Shown here: in pieces, positions 27,201-42,580 of the stretch
Layout: each line of letters begins with the position of its first letter
How positions within the stretch are numbered: position 1 is the stretch's first letter
Assembly (NCBI GenBank): GCA_964016885.1
Contig: OZ024742.1
Coordinates: 177,506,001 to 177,570,000 of the forward strand
From: Eledone cirrhosa
Taxonomy: Eukaryota
DNA length: 64,000 nt
Reading direction: 5' to 3'
Notes under the pieces: model-generated
Told to the model about the DNA's origin: nothing
Databases searched by the model: none
The model's input: the letters and a program-made list of their open reading frames with translations, nothing else
Translations under genes and position numbers: made by a program

Positions 27201-28293
27201 ACCCAGGGATGTTGCTCAGCAGTATCGCAGTGAATCCATGGATGAAAAACTGCATGCCTATCAGCAGAAAATCATGCATGGATATGTTGACAGGAAACTC
27301 CAGAGTGAGAGTAATATAGATAAGGAAAGTAGTCTATCTTGGACCAACAACCGCTATATTGGCTCCCACTTTGAAGGATACGCTTTTGCAATCCAGGGAC
27401 AGGAGATTAGCACGAAATACTGATTCACAAAAGAGATAGGGATGCAGGCAAAACACCTAGATGTGGTAACAAGTGCAGACTCTGCAGAACTGACATCGAG
27501 GATATCACCCATGTCATCAGCAGCTGTCCAAATTTGTCATCGCGGTACTATCTATCTATGAGGCATGATGTAGTGGCCAAAACACTGTACAATGCAGTTC
27601 GTAAAAAAGATAGCCCCGATAATAAACACATTAAAAGCTACAACAATGTGGATGACATACATGTACATAATATGAAAGAGTACTGGTGTAATGTTCCAGT
27701 AAAAACCCCAATAAAATGCAGGCATAACAAACCAGATATTATGATATGGGACAGGGAGAAGAAAACATGCACAGTAGTGGAAATTAGCTGTCCAGCAGAT
27801 GCCAATATAATATCAAAGATTAGTGAAAAGGAGAATATTTATGCAGAACTGATGAGAAATCTGCAGATACTCCACCCTGATTACACCTTCAGATTTAAGC
27901 CTGTGATTATTGGGGCACTGGGATATGTTAGTAACTGCCTCTGTACAAATCTTGAGAAGCTAGGCTTCACAGGAACAGAAAGGACACAACTAGTTAGGAA
28001 ATGACAAGTACAATCCATTAATCGAACAGTAAAAATATATAAAACATTCCAAAAATGTTGCATCTAATAACTGCATATACACATGTACAGATACAAAGCA
28101 TATACACATGCACACATACAACTCAAAACATCCACATCCACACATACAATAACATCCATATCTACACATGCATGCATACATATCTACCTAGTTGATGTTG
28201 TGTAAATTCCAATGAGAGAGTCTTGTGTCTATGTTAGAAACCGACTCTCTCTCTCTATTGGTAAAACTTTGTGAAATTATAAAACCAGAAGAA
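24245..28293 (+). mobile_element. Near-full-length, frameshifted R4/Dong-clade non-LTR retrotransposon (RT + CCHC + restriction-like endonuclease)
   Basis: RT motifs WLDYRKAFDSVPH, IFQGDSLS, FVDDLKLY, YRYLG; GGRGL; CRLC...H....C knuckle (~27473-27530); RHD, NKPDI, VEISCP, K...Y. (CATA)n on both sides. Confidence 0.92.
26051..26902 (+). pseudogene. Reverse transcriptase core of the R4/Dong element (part of a disrupted single ORF ~24461-28068)
   Basis: Conserved RT motifs are intact in this frame; neighbouring frames carry the rest of the protein. Confidence 0.9.
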
Positions 28294-28841
28294 CATACAT
28301 ACATATATAAGTATTCCTTTCTATTACTAAAAATTTGTGAAATTATAAAACCAGGACATACATACTTACATAGCTATATGACCGGATAGTTGCATTTTAC
28401 GCTCTCTTAATTACATTGATAATTTTTTATATCTCCCCGCCGTTTAATCTGGAGAGAATTAATATTTATGTAAGAAATCAAAACTCAAATTAAACAGGTT
28501 AATAGAACTAGGAATAGTCGTCAAATAACATAGATTCTCTTCCATGTTGATACGAAGAAATTTATAAAATAATATTTATTGGGCAGTATTTTTATTAGGA
28601 AATTATATGAGTGTACAGTCGTAAATATGAAGAAATTTTGTAATTTCGAATATAACGACTGGAAGTAATGGTTTATGGAAATCAAATGTAATAATTTATT
28701 TCACATAAAATTATGAAATATGAAAATGTCTTTTAACTAGATATTTTCTTTCAACCATAAGCTACGCTTTCTATGGTACTATATGCCATTTGTAACAATA
28801 AGTCACATTGTCTGGGCAACAGAATTTATTACAGTCACGCT

Positions 28842-29300
28842 GAATCATAATAAATATGTTGTAGCATAGTTTAAGAGATAAGCTCAACGGAATTTAAAAC
28901 CTACCATGCAGAGTCGTGGTGAATCATAAATATTTTGTAGCATAGTTTAAGAGGTTAGCTCAACAGAATTTAAAACCCACAATGCAGAGTCGCGGTGAAT
29001 CATAATAACTGTTTTGTAGCATAGTTTAAGAGGTAAGCTCAACGGAATTTAAAACCTACCATGCAGAGTCGCGGTGAATCATAAATATTTTGTAGCATAG
29101 TTTAAGAGATTAGCTCAATGGAATTTAAAACCTACCATGCAGAGTCGCGGTGAATCATAATAAATATTTTGTAGCATAGTTTAAGCGGTAAGCTCAACGG
29201 AAGGTAAAGCCTACCATGCAGAGTCGCGGTGAATCATAATAATAGTGTGTAGCACAGTTTAAGAGGTAAGCTCAACGGAATGTAAAACCTACTATGTAGA
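28842..29300. repeat. Minisatellite, ~6 copies of a 76-79-bp unit
   Basis: gaatcataa...gtagcatagtttaagag..agctcaacggaatttaaaacctaccatgcagagtcgcggt at 28842, 28921, 28997, 29076, 29152, 29231. Confidence 0.95.
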
Positions 29301-30027
29301 ATCCTTATTTCGAATCCTTATTTCATTATACCCATTTTGTGATTGCAATGTAACATGTTATAAATGTAGTTCTTCAATTACTTTTGCACTTTTAGTTTTA
29401 AACTGTTGAACTACGGAGAATTTCCAATGACAAGAAACAAAATAAATTGAATTAATTGAACAATGACTTCAGGCTTGAAGACGGCTGGTCTCTACCAAGT
29501 TTAAACGCCTAGGACACGTAGTCATTTACTATGGCGGTCTAAGGATGCCATGAATGAGTCCCATCTAGCATTGCCCTCACTCACCGATATGTACCATTAA
29601 TTTACACAGATATTAAATAAAAAAGAATTGGCCTAAATCATTTAGATATGATTTTTCAATGCCTACAATAATTCTATCACTGCTGCCACAGAAATATCTT
29701 CGTAGTAAGATGATTACAAGCGAAATTTATTCCACTAAAACCAGAGCTTTTGGCATTAATCAGTGAAAGTGTTTTAACACAACTCATTTCAGCAAATGTG
29801 GTTATCGATTGAAGCTGTGTAGAAAATTAGCAGTAATTTAAATGTTTGTCATTTGACTGAATAATTGCACGCATATCAACGAATATTAAGCGAGCTTCAT
29901 ATATATGTATATTCACAAACACATATACATATATAGAAGCACATACATAAATATATATAGAAGCACATGCATAAATATCCAGATATATTTACATATGTAT
30001 AAATATACGTATTATATTATATTATAT

Positions 30028-30093
<66 letters not shown>

Positions 30094-30848
30094 TTCCTAG
30101 AGAATTCCTGCAACAATTAAGCGTCTATATTTATAATGTATTCTTATTTATTCCTTCTTTAATTCCAAATATCTTACTGGATAATTTTTATTGGAAAAGC
30201 AAAGTAAGATATCGACAAGCATAAATGATTGAATTATTAACATATGAGTTACAATTACCTCGAACTTTCCTCAGGCAGATGCGGTTGCTAGTGCTAAATT
30301 CCTAATAGATTGCGATGGGGGAGATAACGATGACATATACATGGCTAAAGAAAAAGAAAACTTTGAATAAATATCCGGAAGGAACATTCCAACCAATTCC
30401 AACTTACAATAACAATAAGAAATGACAGGAATATTTGCATTCGTTATCTTAAGCAGGCAGCTATGTTGGAGATTATGCAATTAGTGACTAATATGCTAGA
30501 GGAAATATATCGTTTCTATATTTCAATTCATTAAGGGTGCAATTTAATGTAAAATCAAAAGTTAGTCACGATTTCGATTCGTTTTCCCAACCGTTTTTAT
30601 TTCATAGTATATTGTTTGTTTTAATGACTAATTTCTTTGGGAAAGGTAAATATCGATATCCGTTTGCACAGACTATGAAATTTATGGCAAAATATTTATA
30701 TTACTTGTCTTAATGACAAATTAATAAGAATTATAAACAAAACATTCTACTAGCATACAGATATGATAAAAATTGAAATTTTTCTTTGTGTATACATAGT
30801 ATAGAATTAAACGGGACTGAGCTATGTCGTCGGGGTCCTGACTCTTTT

Positions 30849-32058
<1,210 letters not shown>

Positions 32059-32100
32059 TATATATATATATATGTATATATATATGTATGTATATATATG

Positions 32101-32149
<49 letters not shown>

Positions 32150-32156
<7 letters not shown>

Positions 32157-33360
32157 TATGTATACGTACATACATATATGTATACAGACGTACAGTAGTA
32201 TGTATATACATACATACATGCACATATATATATATATATGTGTACGTATGGGTTTACTGAACGTATCGAGTAAGTTAGTCGGCCGGGTGTACCGAAAACG
32301 ATAAATGGAAAAAAATGAAATTTCATTTCTTACTCTTAGTACGGCTGATACTTAAAAATAAGTATGTATACGTACAAACATATATGTATACAGTAGTACA
32401 GTAGTATGTATATACATATATATACATGCACACATATATATATATATATATGTACGTATGGGTTTACCGGACATTTATTATAATTATCGATTTGTTTGTA
32501 AACAAACAGCCCGAATTATTAGCCGTACAGTGTTCGGCAACCATCTTTTCCCTTTTGTTCAACACTGACAAATGAACGATGAACTAGTTTCTAGCTTATT
32601 AGCTGTCATCAGCACCGTATACCTTACTGTCAGTCGATTGAACTTTTGAAAGTAATATACTTTCCTTATGCATATTAACGCCTGTACAGCCTAATTTGCA
32701 TATCGAGTGAGTTAGTCGGCCGGATGTACCGAAAACGATAAATAGAAAAAAATGAAATTTCATTTCTCACTCTTAGTACGGCTGTTACTTAAATATAAGT
32801 ATGTATACGTACATACATATATGTATACAGGCGTACAGTAGTATGTATATACATGCATACATGCACACATATATATATGTACGTATATGAACTAGTATAT
32901 ATATGTATATATATACTAGTTCATCGTTCCTTTGACAGTGTTGAACAAAAGGGCAACGAAGGTTACCGAACACTGTACGGCTAATAATTCGGGCTATATA
33001 TATATATATGTAAATGGAAACAATGAAATTTCATTTCTCACTCTTAGTACGGCTGATACTTAAATATAAGTATGTATACGTACATACATATATGTATACA
33101 GACGTACAGTAGTATGTATATACATACATGCACACATATATATGTACGTATGGCTTTACCGAACATTTATTACAATGTTCGGTTTGTCAGCCGTACTAAG
33201 AGTGAGAAATGAAATTTCATTTTTTTTATTTATCGTTTTCGGTACGCCCGGCCGAATAACTCACTCGATATGCAAATTAGGCTGCTCAGCCGTTAATATG
33301 TATATATATAGATACTACTGTACGTCTGTATACATATATGTATGTACGTATACATATATA
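32150..33360. mobile_element. Family A element, multiply rearranged (direct and inverted pieces)
   Basis: Several segments matching 15434-15900 in alternating orientation; two octamers; one full HHR; (TA)n/(TG)n flanks. Confidence 0.8.
32576..32618 (-). ncRNA. Type I hammerhead ribozyme (family A)
   Basis: Minus strand: acggtg CTGATGA cagct-aata-agcta GAAA ctag TT catcgt. Confidence 0.8.
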
Positions 33361-33361
33361 C

Positions 33362-33460
<99 letters not shown>

Positions 33461-33789
33461 TGTGTGTCTGTGTCTGTGTGTGTGTCTGTGTCTGTGTGTG
33501 TGCGTGTGATGGTAGCTAAGATGCTTCTATAGGCGGTATGCCGGTTGAGCACTCCATGTTCTTACAGAGCGTAGAATGATCACGTCTCGAGTTGTCCGCC
33601 GGCGAAACAATTGTAACACACAATAAATTGAGTTCAGATGCATCAGTGATTTTTCGTTTTCTATTCTATATATATAGAGATAGATAGATAGATATATAGA
33701 TAGGGTGTGGCAAAATACTAGGTGGACCATATATGGACCATATATAAATATATATATATATATGTATATATATATATGTATGTATGTCA

Positions 33790-34391
33790 GGTCACCAGTT
33801 GGTGCTACTGGTAACATGTATCCCAGTACAACCTGTGTCATGGTCGGGTCGTTGGCGACTAAACTGGCAACCCCACCAAGGTTTCTGGTGAGGAGGGTGA
33901 CTTTGGATATCATGCAGGACTAAAAACAAAACCTGTCAAAGGGCAAAGGAGCTCTTAAGAATCAATGGCCATCCAAAATCACCGGGAGAGATAACCCCTT
34001 AGCCTTTGTCAAGGCAGAATTCTAGAAGGAAAACTCTCATATAACACCTGCAACCCTGATGGTATCCAATGATGTTGACTTGTTCTTCTTTTTGGTAAAT
34101 ATCATATTGGTTAAGAGAGTGGGACTGGCTTTGTGCAGTGCATTTGCTCACTATAAAAGCTTCACGGCACAGGCATTGCTTTATATCCGGAGATCTCTCT
34201 GCACTTGTCGTCACATGGTACCATGGGCCCAGCACTATGTGTCAATGATTGTCACAAGTGTAGTGTTTGTGCCAGAGTTTTCAAGTCGCTGGCTGGACTA
34301 AAAAGTCACACTCGTTCAGCGCATCAGTAGGGGTTCTCCTACATGGATATAAAGTAGTGGCCGTACTCGAAAACGAGTTGGCAGCCACCAT
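33790..34391 (+). mobile_element. Bipartite RTE-derived non-autonomous element (~600 bp)
   Basis: Same element as 23541-24147; C2H2 remnant at ~34258-34325. Confidence 0.82.
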
Positions 34392-35617
34392 ATATATATA
34401 TATGGACCATATATATATATATATATATATATGGACAATATATATATATATATGAACCATATGTATATATATATGAAAAGATTCAGGACCCCGACGGCTG
34501 AGCTCCGGCCGTCTCAACAGCTAGATCGACATTCGCATCTAGCTTTCGAAACGGCTGGAGCTCAGCCTACTTCTTCGCTGAATATTGTTTGGGTATATCA
34601 ATATAGTATACACAAATGTGTATACACAAATTATACATGTTGTTGTGCGTGTGAGCAAACAATCCTACCCATTCCTCATTTGACCGTGCGTAGGCCTATG
34701 TAGGAGCATGGGTGCAAAACAATTTCACCAGCCCATCTCCCCTTGGGGGACATGCATGGACCGATGTGTGTGCATGTGTGACGGTGTACGGATGTGTATG
34801 TGTGTAGTTATATGTATATATATCTATGTATATGTATGTTTCTGAACACGACTATGCATTCATGCGCACATGCGGTTAGGTGAACGTGCACGTACGGATG
34901 TGGGCATATATGTTTGCACCGGTATGTATCTGCACGTATACGAATGCACTCGTGCCTGTGTGTGTATACTTTACCCACTCTTTCCACCTACTCATGTATT
35001 TGCTATCAAAATTTACTCCACTCCTTCCATTAAAGTAGTATCTATCTCTTGTATTCATGTATTTTCAGGCAAAACCTTCTAAAGCTCCCGAATATACTGT
35101 TATATTTGATTTTATGTATGCAGCATGCATACACATAGTACATACACTTCACCACTGGTTACCAACCCATGTAAACCACTCTACATATTTTTAAATCCCT
35201 ATATATTACCTGATCTTATTTGTTCCTATTTACTATTCTATTTACCCATCTGCTCATTTACTACTATATAATCCACTTATTCCTGTTAATTCTTCAATTA
35301 AAAATATCATTACACACTATAAGCCCACATCTATTTCTAAGACCATTTTGCATCTTCCCCTACTCTACTTCCACCCACCGATCACTGCTACCTACACCTA
35401 CAGTACTTCCTTCTCCTGACTCATTGCCTGTTGGGATAAACTTACCGCACTCTGCCCACTACCTCCATCTGACCAGTTTACTGCTATGATAAACTCAATC
35501 AAAGCACTATCAAGACCAGTGGCCTAGTTTTTCATACGCTACAAATATTACTACATCCTCAGCAAGGCTCCCTGAACACACATGTTCAAACCGCTTGGCG
35601 TCGCAGTCGGGAATTTG

Positions 35618-35745
<128 letters not shown>

Positions 35746-35882
35746 GCAGCAACAATGAAGTATCAATGTAACATTATATCCATTCTCACATGATTCGCAT
35801 TTTGCAATCGATCAGCTGAAAGTACGATCGGTAGTTTTCGAGCCCGAATTGATAGTTCCTCAGACTTGTGGATTGCTAAACA

Positions 35883-35959
<77 letters not shown>

Positions 35960-35962
<3 letters not shown>

Positions 35963-38895
35963 TTAAGGGTACTATTTATGGTTATGTATGCAATAAAACC
36001 TTTGATGGTAATATATTATATATACACAAACCCTAAATAGTGAGAGATAGTCATTAATTACTATCCTATTACCAGTAAGATAAATAGCTCAATGTAATAA
36101 CATCAGTTGTTTTACAGAGCAGTTATATAGAGATTACAGTAATCAAAGTTCAGTTTAAGTCATTTATTTGCTTACAATTGTTTCCTCCAAACCGAGGTTT
36201 GGATTCTTCGGAGCAACTATTTATAACATACTTGACCTCCTTTTCAACCCAAGATACACATAAAACATATGCGCATATTGATCAACAGTGGCGTGACATT
36301 CATCAAATGATATAGCATGGCAGTTTACATATAAAGTTTACAGGATAAAAATAAAATAAAATAAAAACAAGAGTGAAAATAAGAGTGAAAATAAAGATAA
36401 ACATGAAGCGTTGGCAGTCTATGAAGATAAAGCAAGACGAAAGCTTAGAGTAGTCAGTGTATGAAACAATCTCCCGTGTAGCATGCACGCGTGTCTTATC
36501 TATACATGATTAGAGTGCGTCAGAATGATATTTGCAGGGTCAGGCAGCTGAAGCAGGCAATCGATCTTATTATATAGGCTGAATTATTAAGTCATTTATT
36601 GTCATACATCTGTATGATATACAGTCTCGGATGCGGGGAAACGCCAAAATATCAAAAACCTTCAACATACTATAAACCTTATTGTATCGTAGGCAAGGTC
36701 GTACCACTGTCCTTGCTCACACCACCACTCACATAATCCATGAGACGCAATATATATATATAGAGAACACGCGTCTATCGTATAATTCGCAGTGGTTCAG
36801 CATATAGTCAAGCTATAAACCGTATCCAGTCGGTTCTTAATTAATATATCATGCTGTCCAGATTCCGGAATTGCCTGAATGACTAAAGGGAATTAATGCG
36901 TAAGGGGAGGTAACTAGCTAGTTATCTTAGTTACATTACTATGCTAAACTACATTAATGGTGATTCAAATACGTGCCTATCATGTGAAGTTATAACTAAT
37001 ATCCAGAGTATGTTACCCATTTATAGGTTAGAGAGTTGTCCATTAAGAAGTACAAGGGTGTATATATTAGGATGATTACCATCCATTAATTAAGGGGTGT
37101 CATATCTGAACGTTCCATAAGAGGAGTCAGACTCGCAAGTCACTGCTCCATGCAGATGTAATATAACAGTAGGACCTGGTATGGTCCCACTATTATATAT
37201 GCCACCCGGTAGGCTCCGCGTCATTGCTTGCCTGCATCTCCAGTAAATCTTCGGTATGGTCCGGAGATCCAATCTCTCATATGCATGCACTAGTCTGGCC
37301 ATCAAGCAATAGACAACCCCCGTCTCAAATATAAATCAATTATGTATCACATCTCCAAGCTAGAGTGGAGTCTATTAATAGGTATTAAAGGAGTCCACAT
37401 CAAGATGATTACGTGCATAATTCAATGAACTGATCGCTTACAGTATATAATCACTTAACAATACGATTATCTATCTAATCATCAATCTATCTCTTGGTGG
37501 TAATCCATGCACAGGACTATGCTATCGCAACCAGTACCGTGTCCCCAATTTATACTAATCTTATATTTGTGCAATGCAGAATAAGTAGTCCACGGTCGAG
37601 ATATCAGTATTAGGGGTACAAGGGGGTATTCCCAGTGTAGGTGGTACTAAAATGCTGTCAGTATTATCTTTAGAGTATAGAGATGGGTGTGGATGTGAGG
37701 TGTAAGGTGTGCTACTGATGTTAATTGCTAGGGGTGGTGCCGGTTCCAGTCTGACATTATTATATATAGGGTTTAAAGTTTTGGAACGAGTGTCAGAAGC
37801 GGTGCTGGCAATTTGCGAACACTTCTGATTCTTTATTAAGGAGATTATGTTTAGAGAAGATGATAGTATGGGTCCCTAGTAGACAGAGGTTACAAAATTT
37901 ATCAGGAGGTTTGTACGATGTTGCACTACCTACCACTTCCCATTTAAGTGTATATATTTTATTTTTAGTTTTTAGATAGTGTATGTAGCTAGATAGTGAA
38001 GTGGAGTTGGCTAGATTGTGTTTTTTGAAAGAGTGGAGGTGCGAATTGTATCTAGTTTTCAAGCAGTTAGAAGTGGAGCCTATTAGGTTTCAGAAGAGCT
38101 GTTAGTTGTGACTGTACATGAGTATATGATATCCTTGGTTAAGCATTTTTTATCTAAAGGGCAGGTTATACTTGATCTACAGTTACAATTACTCTGGGTG
38201 CTAGTCTGCCGGTTACTATGCTGTGTAGAAGTTTGGAGGTTAGCTATAGGGTTATGGTTATGCGGGTTGTGGTACGCAGCGTTAATGTTTCCACTAGTGC
38301 TATTACTATTATTTCCATTGATATTACGGTTATTTGTTATAATGTTACTTTGACTGTTATTTTCAATGTTATTTTGAAGGTTTATCGACCGTTGTGATTT
38401 AGTTTGTTGGAAGTAAGAATTAATTTTTCTTTTATTTGTACTAGCTATGTGGTATGCTAAGTTAGGCGTAGTAGAGTATGAGATCTTAATAGTGTTTTTG
38501 TTTAAAAGGTCGTGGTACCTGTGGCCGGATGGGAAGTGTTTATCTAGTAGTGAGAAGAAAGCCCTAGGAAGGTTGGTAGAGACGTTTAAATTGAAAGGAG
38601 GGTTGAAAAATGTATTATTTCTTCTTCTATTTCTGTTTTTTATGTCTGGTGATTTGTTTCCTTTAATGTTCCTATGGTCATTTCTGTGGTGCGGGTTACT
38701 CTTGTTGTTACAATCCCTATTAGTGTGTGTGCAGTTGCTATTCCTATTATTAAATTTTCCCATGGACATGTTGTGTGAAATGATGTTGTAGCTATGTGTT
38801 TTTGTAGGTAGGAACTCTATCCCTGTATTATGGCCTGATCTAGCTAATGCCTGATTATAATACTGCGAGTTATTGTTAAATGTGTTTATGTCATA

Positions 38896-38899
<4 letters not shown>
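35960..38899 (-). mobile_element. 5'-truncated Penelope-like element (linker + GIY-YIG + long 3' UTR + pLTR)
   Basis: ORFs 38083-38900 and 37793-38062: FFNPPF, HRYHDLLNKNTIKISYS, CNCRSSITCPLDKKCL..IIYSCTV, FKTRYNSH, CNLC. (TA)n at both ends; HHR near the 3' end. Confidence 0.88.
36168..36216 (-). ncRNA. Hammerhead ribozyme with a core substitution (CCGAAGA)
   Basis: Minus strand: ttgct CCGAAGA atccaaacc-tc-ggtttggag GAAA caattg TA agcaa. Confidence 0.7.
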
Positions 38900-38939
<40 letters not shown>

Positions 38940-39269
38940 ATACATTTATCAACTACTTCGACTACTTAGAGGACAACCTAATAGCGATCAATCCGTAGAT
39001 AATTTATAGATGTGTAAAGTATAATGGAATAATATCATTTGTGAATTGTGTCCCATATCTTTTAAAATATAAAACGTTTACAAAGGGAACCGAACATAAT
39101 TCCTGGATTACTAAGTGTTGAATGTTTCTCTGATGTTATCATAGGCCAATCTCTCCACAGATGAAATTTTCTTACTCTTTGAAGAATGCAAACACATATC
39201 TGTTTCGATTTCACAATAATTCTTTCTGCCATAGACCCAATGCCAGCAATTGTGTTTGATGTAATATCC

Positions 39270-39532
39270 GATCCTAATTATCTGGTACTTATTTTATTGA
39301 GCCTGGAAGGGTTAAAGGTAAAATTGACTTCAATGGGATTTGAACTCAGAACAAATACTGCTAATCATTTGTCCGACACTCTCCAGCTTATTAATAATTC
39401 AAATCATTTTGGAAACACCAACTCTGTTAGTATTATAGTACACTATTAACTCATATTAATTAATTGTTTCTACTATTGGCACAAGGCCAGCAATTACCCA
39501 GTACATTACTGGTACTTTATTTTATCGACCAT
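39270..39532 (-). mobile_element. Two Nin-type SINE fragments
   Basis: ctggtacttattttattga...gggatttgaactcagaac and ggcacaaggccagcaatt...ctggtactttattttatcgacc. Confidence 0.65.
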
Positions 39533-39914
39533 TAATTAATGATCTGTTATTTGGTACAGAAATGATAACGAAATTAATTTTATTAATAGATTATATGATA
39601 TTAGAACAAATCGATTTATTTGAGCAAAAGTAGATTTAGATTAGAAGAGGCTATGTAGCCAGTCCTGGTAAAATAGACTCTCAGGCTATTTAACATCTAA
39701 GAGTGTCAGACACAGTGAGCCCCGAGTTAAGACAATTGTTAAGTCAATTTGAAATGTGTTTCACCATCAATTGTTAAAAAACAACTTAAAATCATTTTGT
39801 CAACATTTTATTATAATTCTGCTTGTGCTTCATCCATTCGCAACGTACGTTACGCTTTAGTTACATACACACACATCTAGTGAGTTCCATGACTTAAGAA
39901 TTTTAGGAGAGTCA

Positions 39915-40015
39915 AATATTTTCTAAATTAATAATTTTAGCAGTAAGTAAAATATTTTCGAAATTAATAATTTTAGCAGTTAGTAAAATATTTTCGAAAT
40001 TAAGAATTTTAGCAG
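39915..40015. repeat. Short tandem repeat, ~3 x 36 bp
   Basis: aatatttt(c)gaaattaataattttagcag repeated three times. Confidence 0.85.
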
Positions 40016-40942
40016 AAAGTCACGACCTGGGTTAAAGATAGCAGTCACTACCTGAGTTCTAAAACGCTATTTATTATTTAGCAGTTTACCAGTAGAATGA
40101 GCTTCAAAAGCATGTTTGTCTATTTCGCCGTACCGGCTACGTTGCCTATTCCATTTAAATTCTACGGTATCAAAACAAATTGCTACAAGAATTTCCTAAT
40201 TTCAAACTCTCGGATCGGTAATAGTGTTAGTTATAAAGAGATGATATATCTGTATATCTAGAAAATATAGAGTAAATCGGGTAGCCTATAGAGAACCAGC
40301 GCCCAAAATAAACCCAGGAATAGCGTTAACAGCCACGTCAAAAGAATTGTTTCTATTTAACTTTTGTTAAACAGTGTAATCATTGGAAAGATCTAATGAT
40401 AACCAAATACATAAATTTCGTTTATAACACTATTTAACATGTCTTACATATCTTCCATCTAGTGCACGTATATTAGTTATTAACTTATTAACCAATCTAA
40501 TACCCCATCTCAATGTCTTCCACCTGATCCACTAGTTATCGTATGTTTATCTTTCCTCAACTAACTCTATATCAATGCTAACCAGTTTATTTTATCAGAC
40601 GCATTTCTGTGAGAAACAAGTAAAGACTGGCAATAATTTTAACATAAACATATTTTCTTTACAATTGTTACTCAAAAGGATTTGGATCTGCCTGTAACTA
40701 ACATTTCACTGGACATATTTTAACCACATCTAGGTCACTTTAGAGGACCGAGTCAACCTAATATCCATGAGGTGTACCCTAGCAAAGCATTTATTTATAA
40801 TAATTTGGCGCTGTCTATGAAGAAATAGATTGATGAGCGATATGGATATATATATATATATATATACATATCCACAGACATATACACATCACACATACAA
40901 ACATGCATACACACACTGACAAACAACACACATACAAACATA

Positions 40943-41360
40943 CATGGTGGCTGCCAACTCGTTTTCGAGTACGGCCACTACTTTATATCCATGTAGGAGA
41001 TGCGCTGAACGAGTGTGACTTTTTAGTCCAGCCAGCGACTTGAAAACTCTGGTACAAACACTACACTTGTGACAATTATTGACACATAGTGCTGGGCCCA
41101 TGGTACCATTTGACGACAAGTGCAGAGAGATCTCCAGATATAAAGCAATGCCTGTACCGTGAAGCTTTTATAGTGAGCAAAGGCACTGCACAAAGCCAGT
41201 CCCACTCTCTTAACCAAGATGATATTTACCAAAAAGAAGAACGGGGAGTGATAAGCCCGTAGCCTTTGTCAAGGCAGAATCCTAGGAGAAGGAAACTCTG
41301 ATATAACGCCTGCAACCCTGATGTTATCTAATGATGTTGACTTTTTCTTCTTTTTGGTAA
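40943..41360 (-). mobile_element. Bipartite RTE-derived element, 5'-truncated with an inverted segment
   Basis: 40943-41242 matches 23541-23850; ~41245-41360 matches 33985-34100 in the opposite orientation. ORF shows CSVCTRVFKSLAGLKSHTRSAH. Confidence 0.8.
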
Positions 41361-42058
41361 ACAAACATACATACATACGTACATACATACACGCACACAT
41401 ACATATACACCTTCAAAATTTGCAAAACATTCTTGCGATTCAAGGGATGACAATTTCTTTTCTTTTACAACCTTGCCACCAGGAAGGTGGCCGGTCAAAA
41501 AAATATACTCGAAATTAAGAGAAAGAGAAAACATACACATACATACATTACAAAAACATACATATATCACACACAAACATACACCCATACATACATACAT
41601 ACACACATCACACACATCACACATACACACATACATACACACATGCATACATACACATATACATACATGCATACATACACACATGCATACATACACATAC
41701 ACATACATGCATAAATACACACATACATCACACATACAAACATATAGACACATGCATACACATATGTATACATACATGCCTCCATACACACATGCATACA
41801 TACAGACATACAAATATACATATATGCATACATACACATATACATCCATACGTGCATACATACAAACAAACACACACACGCATGCATACATACACATACA
41901 TGCATACATGCACAAATAGATACATCACACATACAAGCATACATACACATATGCATACATACACATATATATGCATGCATACATATATGTATGCATAACT
42001 ACATACAAACATAGTTACACACATGCATACATACATACATACATGCATACATACATAC

Positions 42059-42580
42059 ATGGTGGCTGCAAACTCTGCTTAGTGTATTGCAATGGCTTGT
42101 CAGATTACACAAAATGGTGCACTTTTAGGCTACGGCCAGCCACACAAACCTGTAACATATCCTGAACAAGCAATTCCTGTGCTTTGAAGGTTTTTTTAAG
42201 TGGGGAAAGGCCCTGCACTCGACCAATCCCACTCTCTGAACATTGAAATCACTACCCGAAATGGAGAACTTGTCAACATCATTGGGGGGTGCTTACTAAG
42301 CCGCAGATTTTGTTTCAGAGTTTCCGTCTCCTAGAAAGGTGTTGTGACAACAACTGGGGGCCTTTCACTCCCAGGGGAAAAAAGAGAACTATTTGGATGG
42401 CCATTGACTTTGATGAGTTTCTCCACTCTTTGCCAGGTCTTGTATTATATCCCGCAGTGTGTCCAAATATCACACTCCTCACCAAGCTAGCTTGAGGGGT
42501 TGCCAGTTTAGTTACCGACGACTTGACCATGAGACAAAGTGTACTGGCTTACATGTTACCAGTAGCACCCGAGAGCGACC
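42059..42580 (-). mobile_element. Bipartite RTE-derived element (related subfamily)
   Basis: Conserved 5' end ggggttgccagtttagt...catgttaccagtagcac and 3' end atggtggctgc; (CATA)n flanks. Confidence 0.72.

Noticed and set aside
25555-27860. CTGAAGA/CTGATGA heptamers inside the R4 ORF
   Set aside because: Chance matches in coding sequence without HHR helices.
28842-29300. CRISPR-like regular array
   Set aside because: Whole units repeat with no unique spacers, no cas genes, and the context is eukaryotic.
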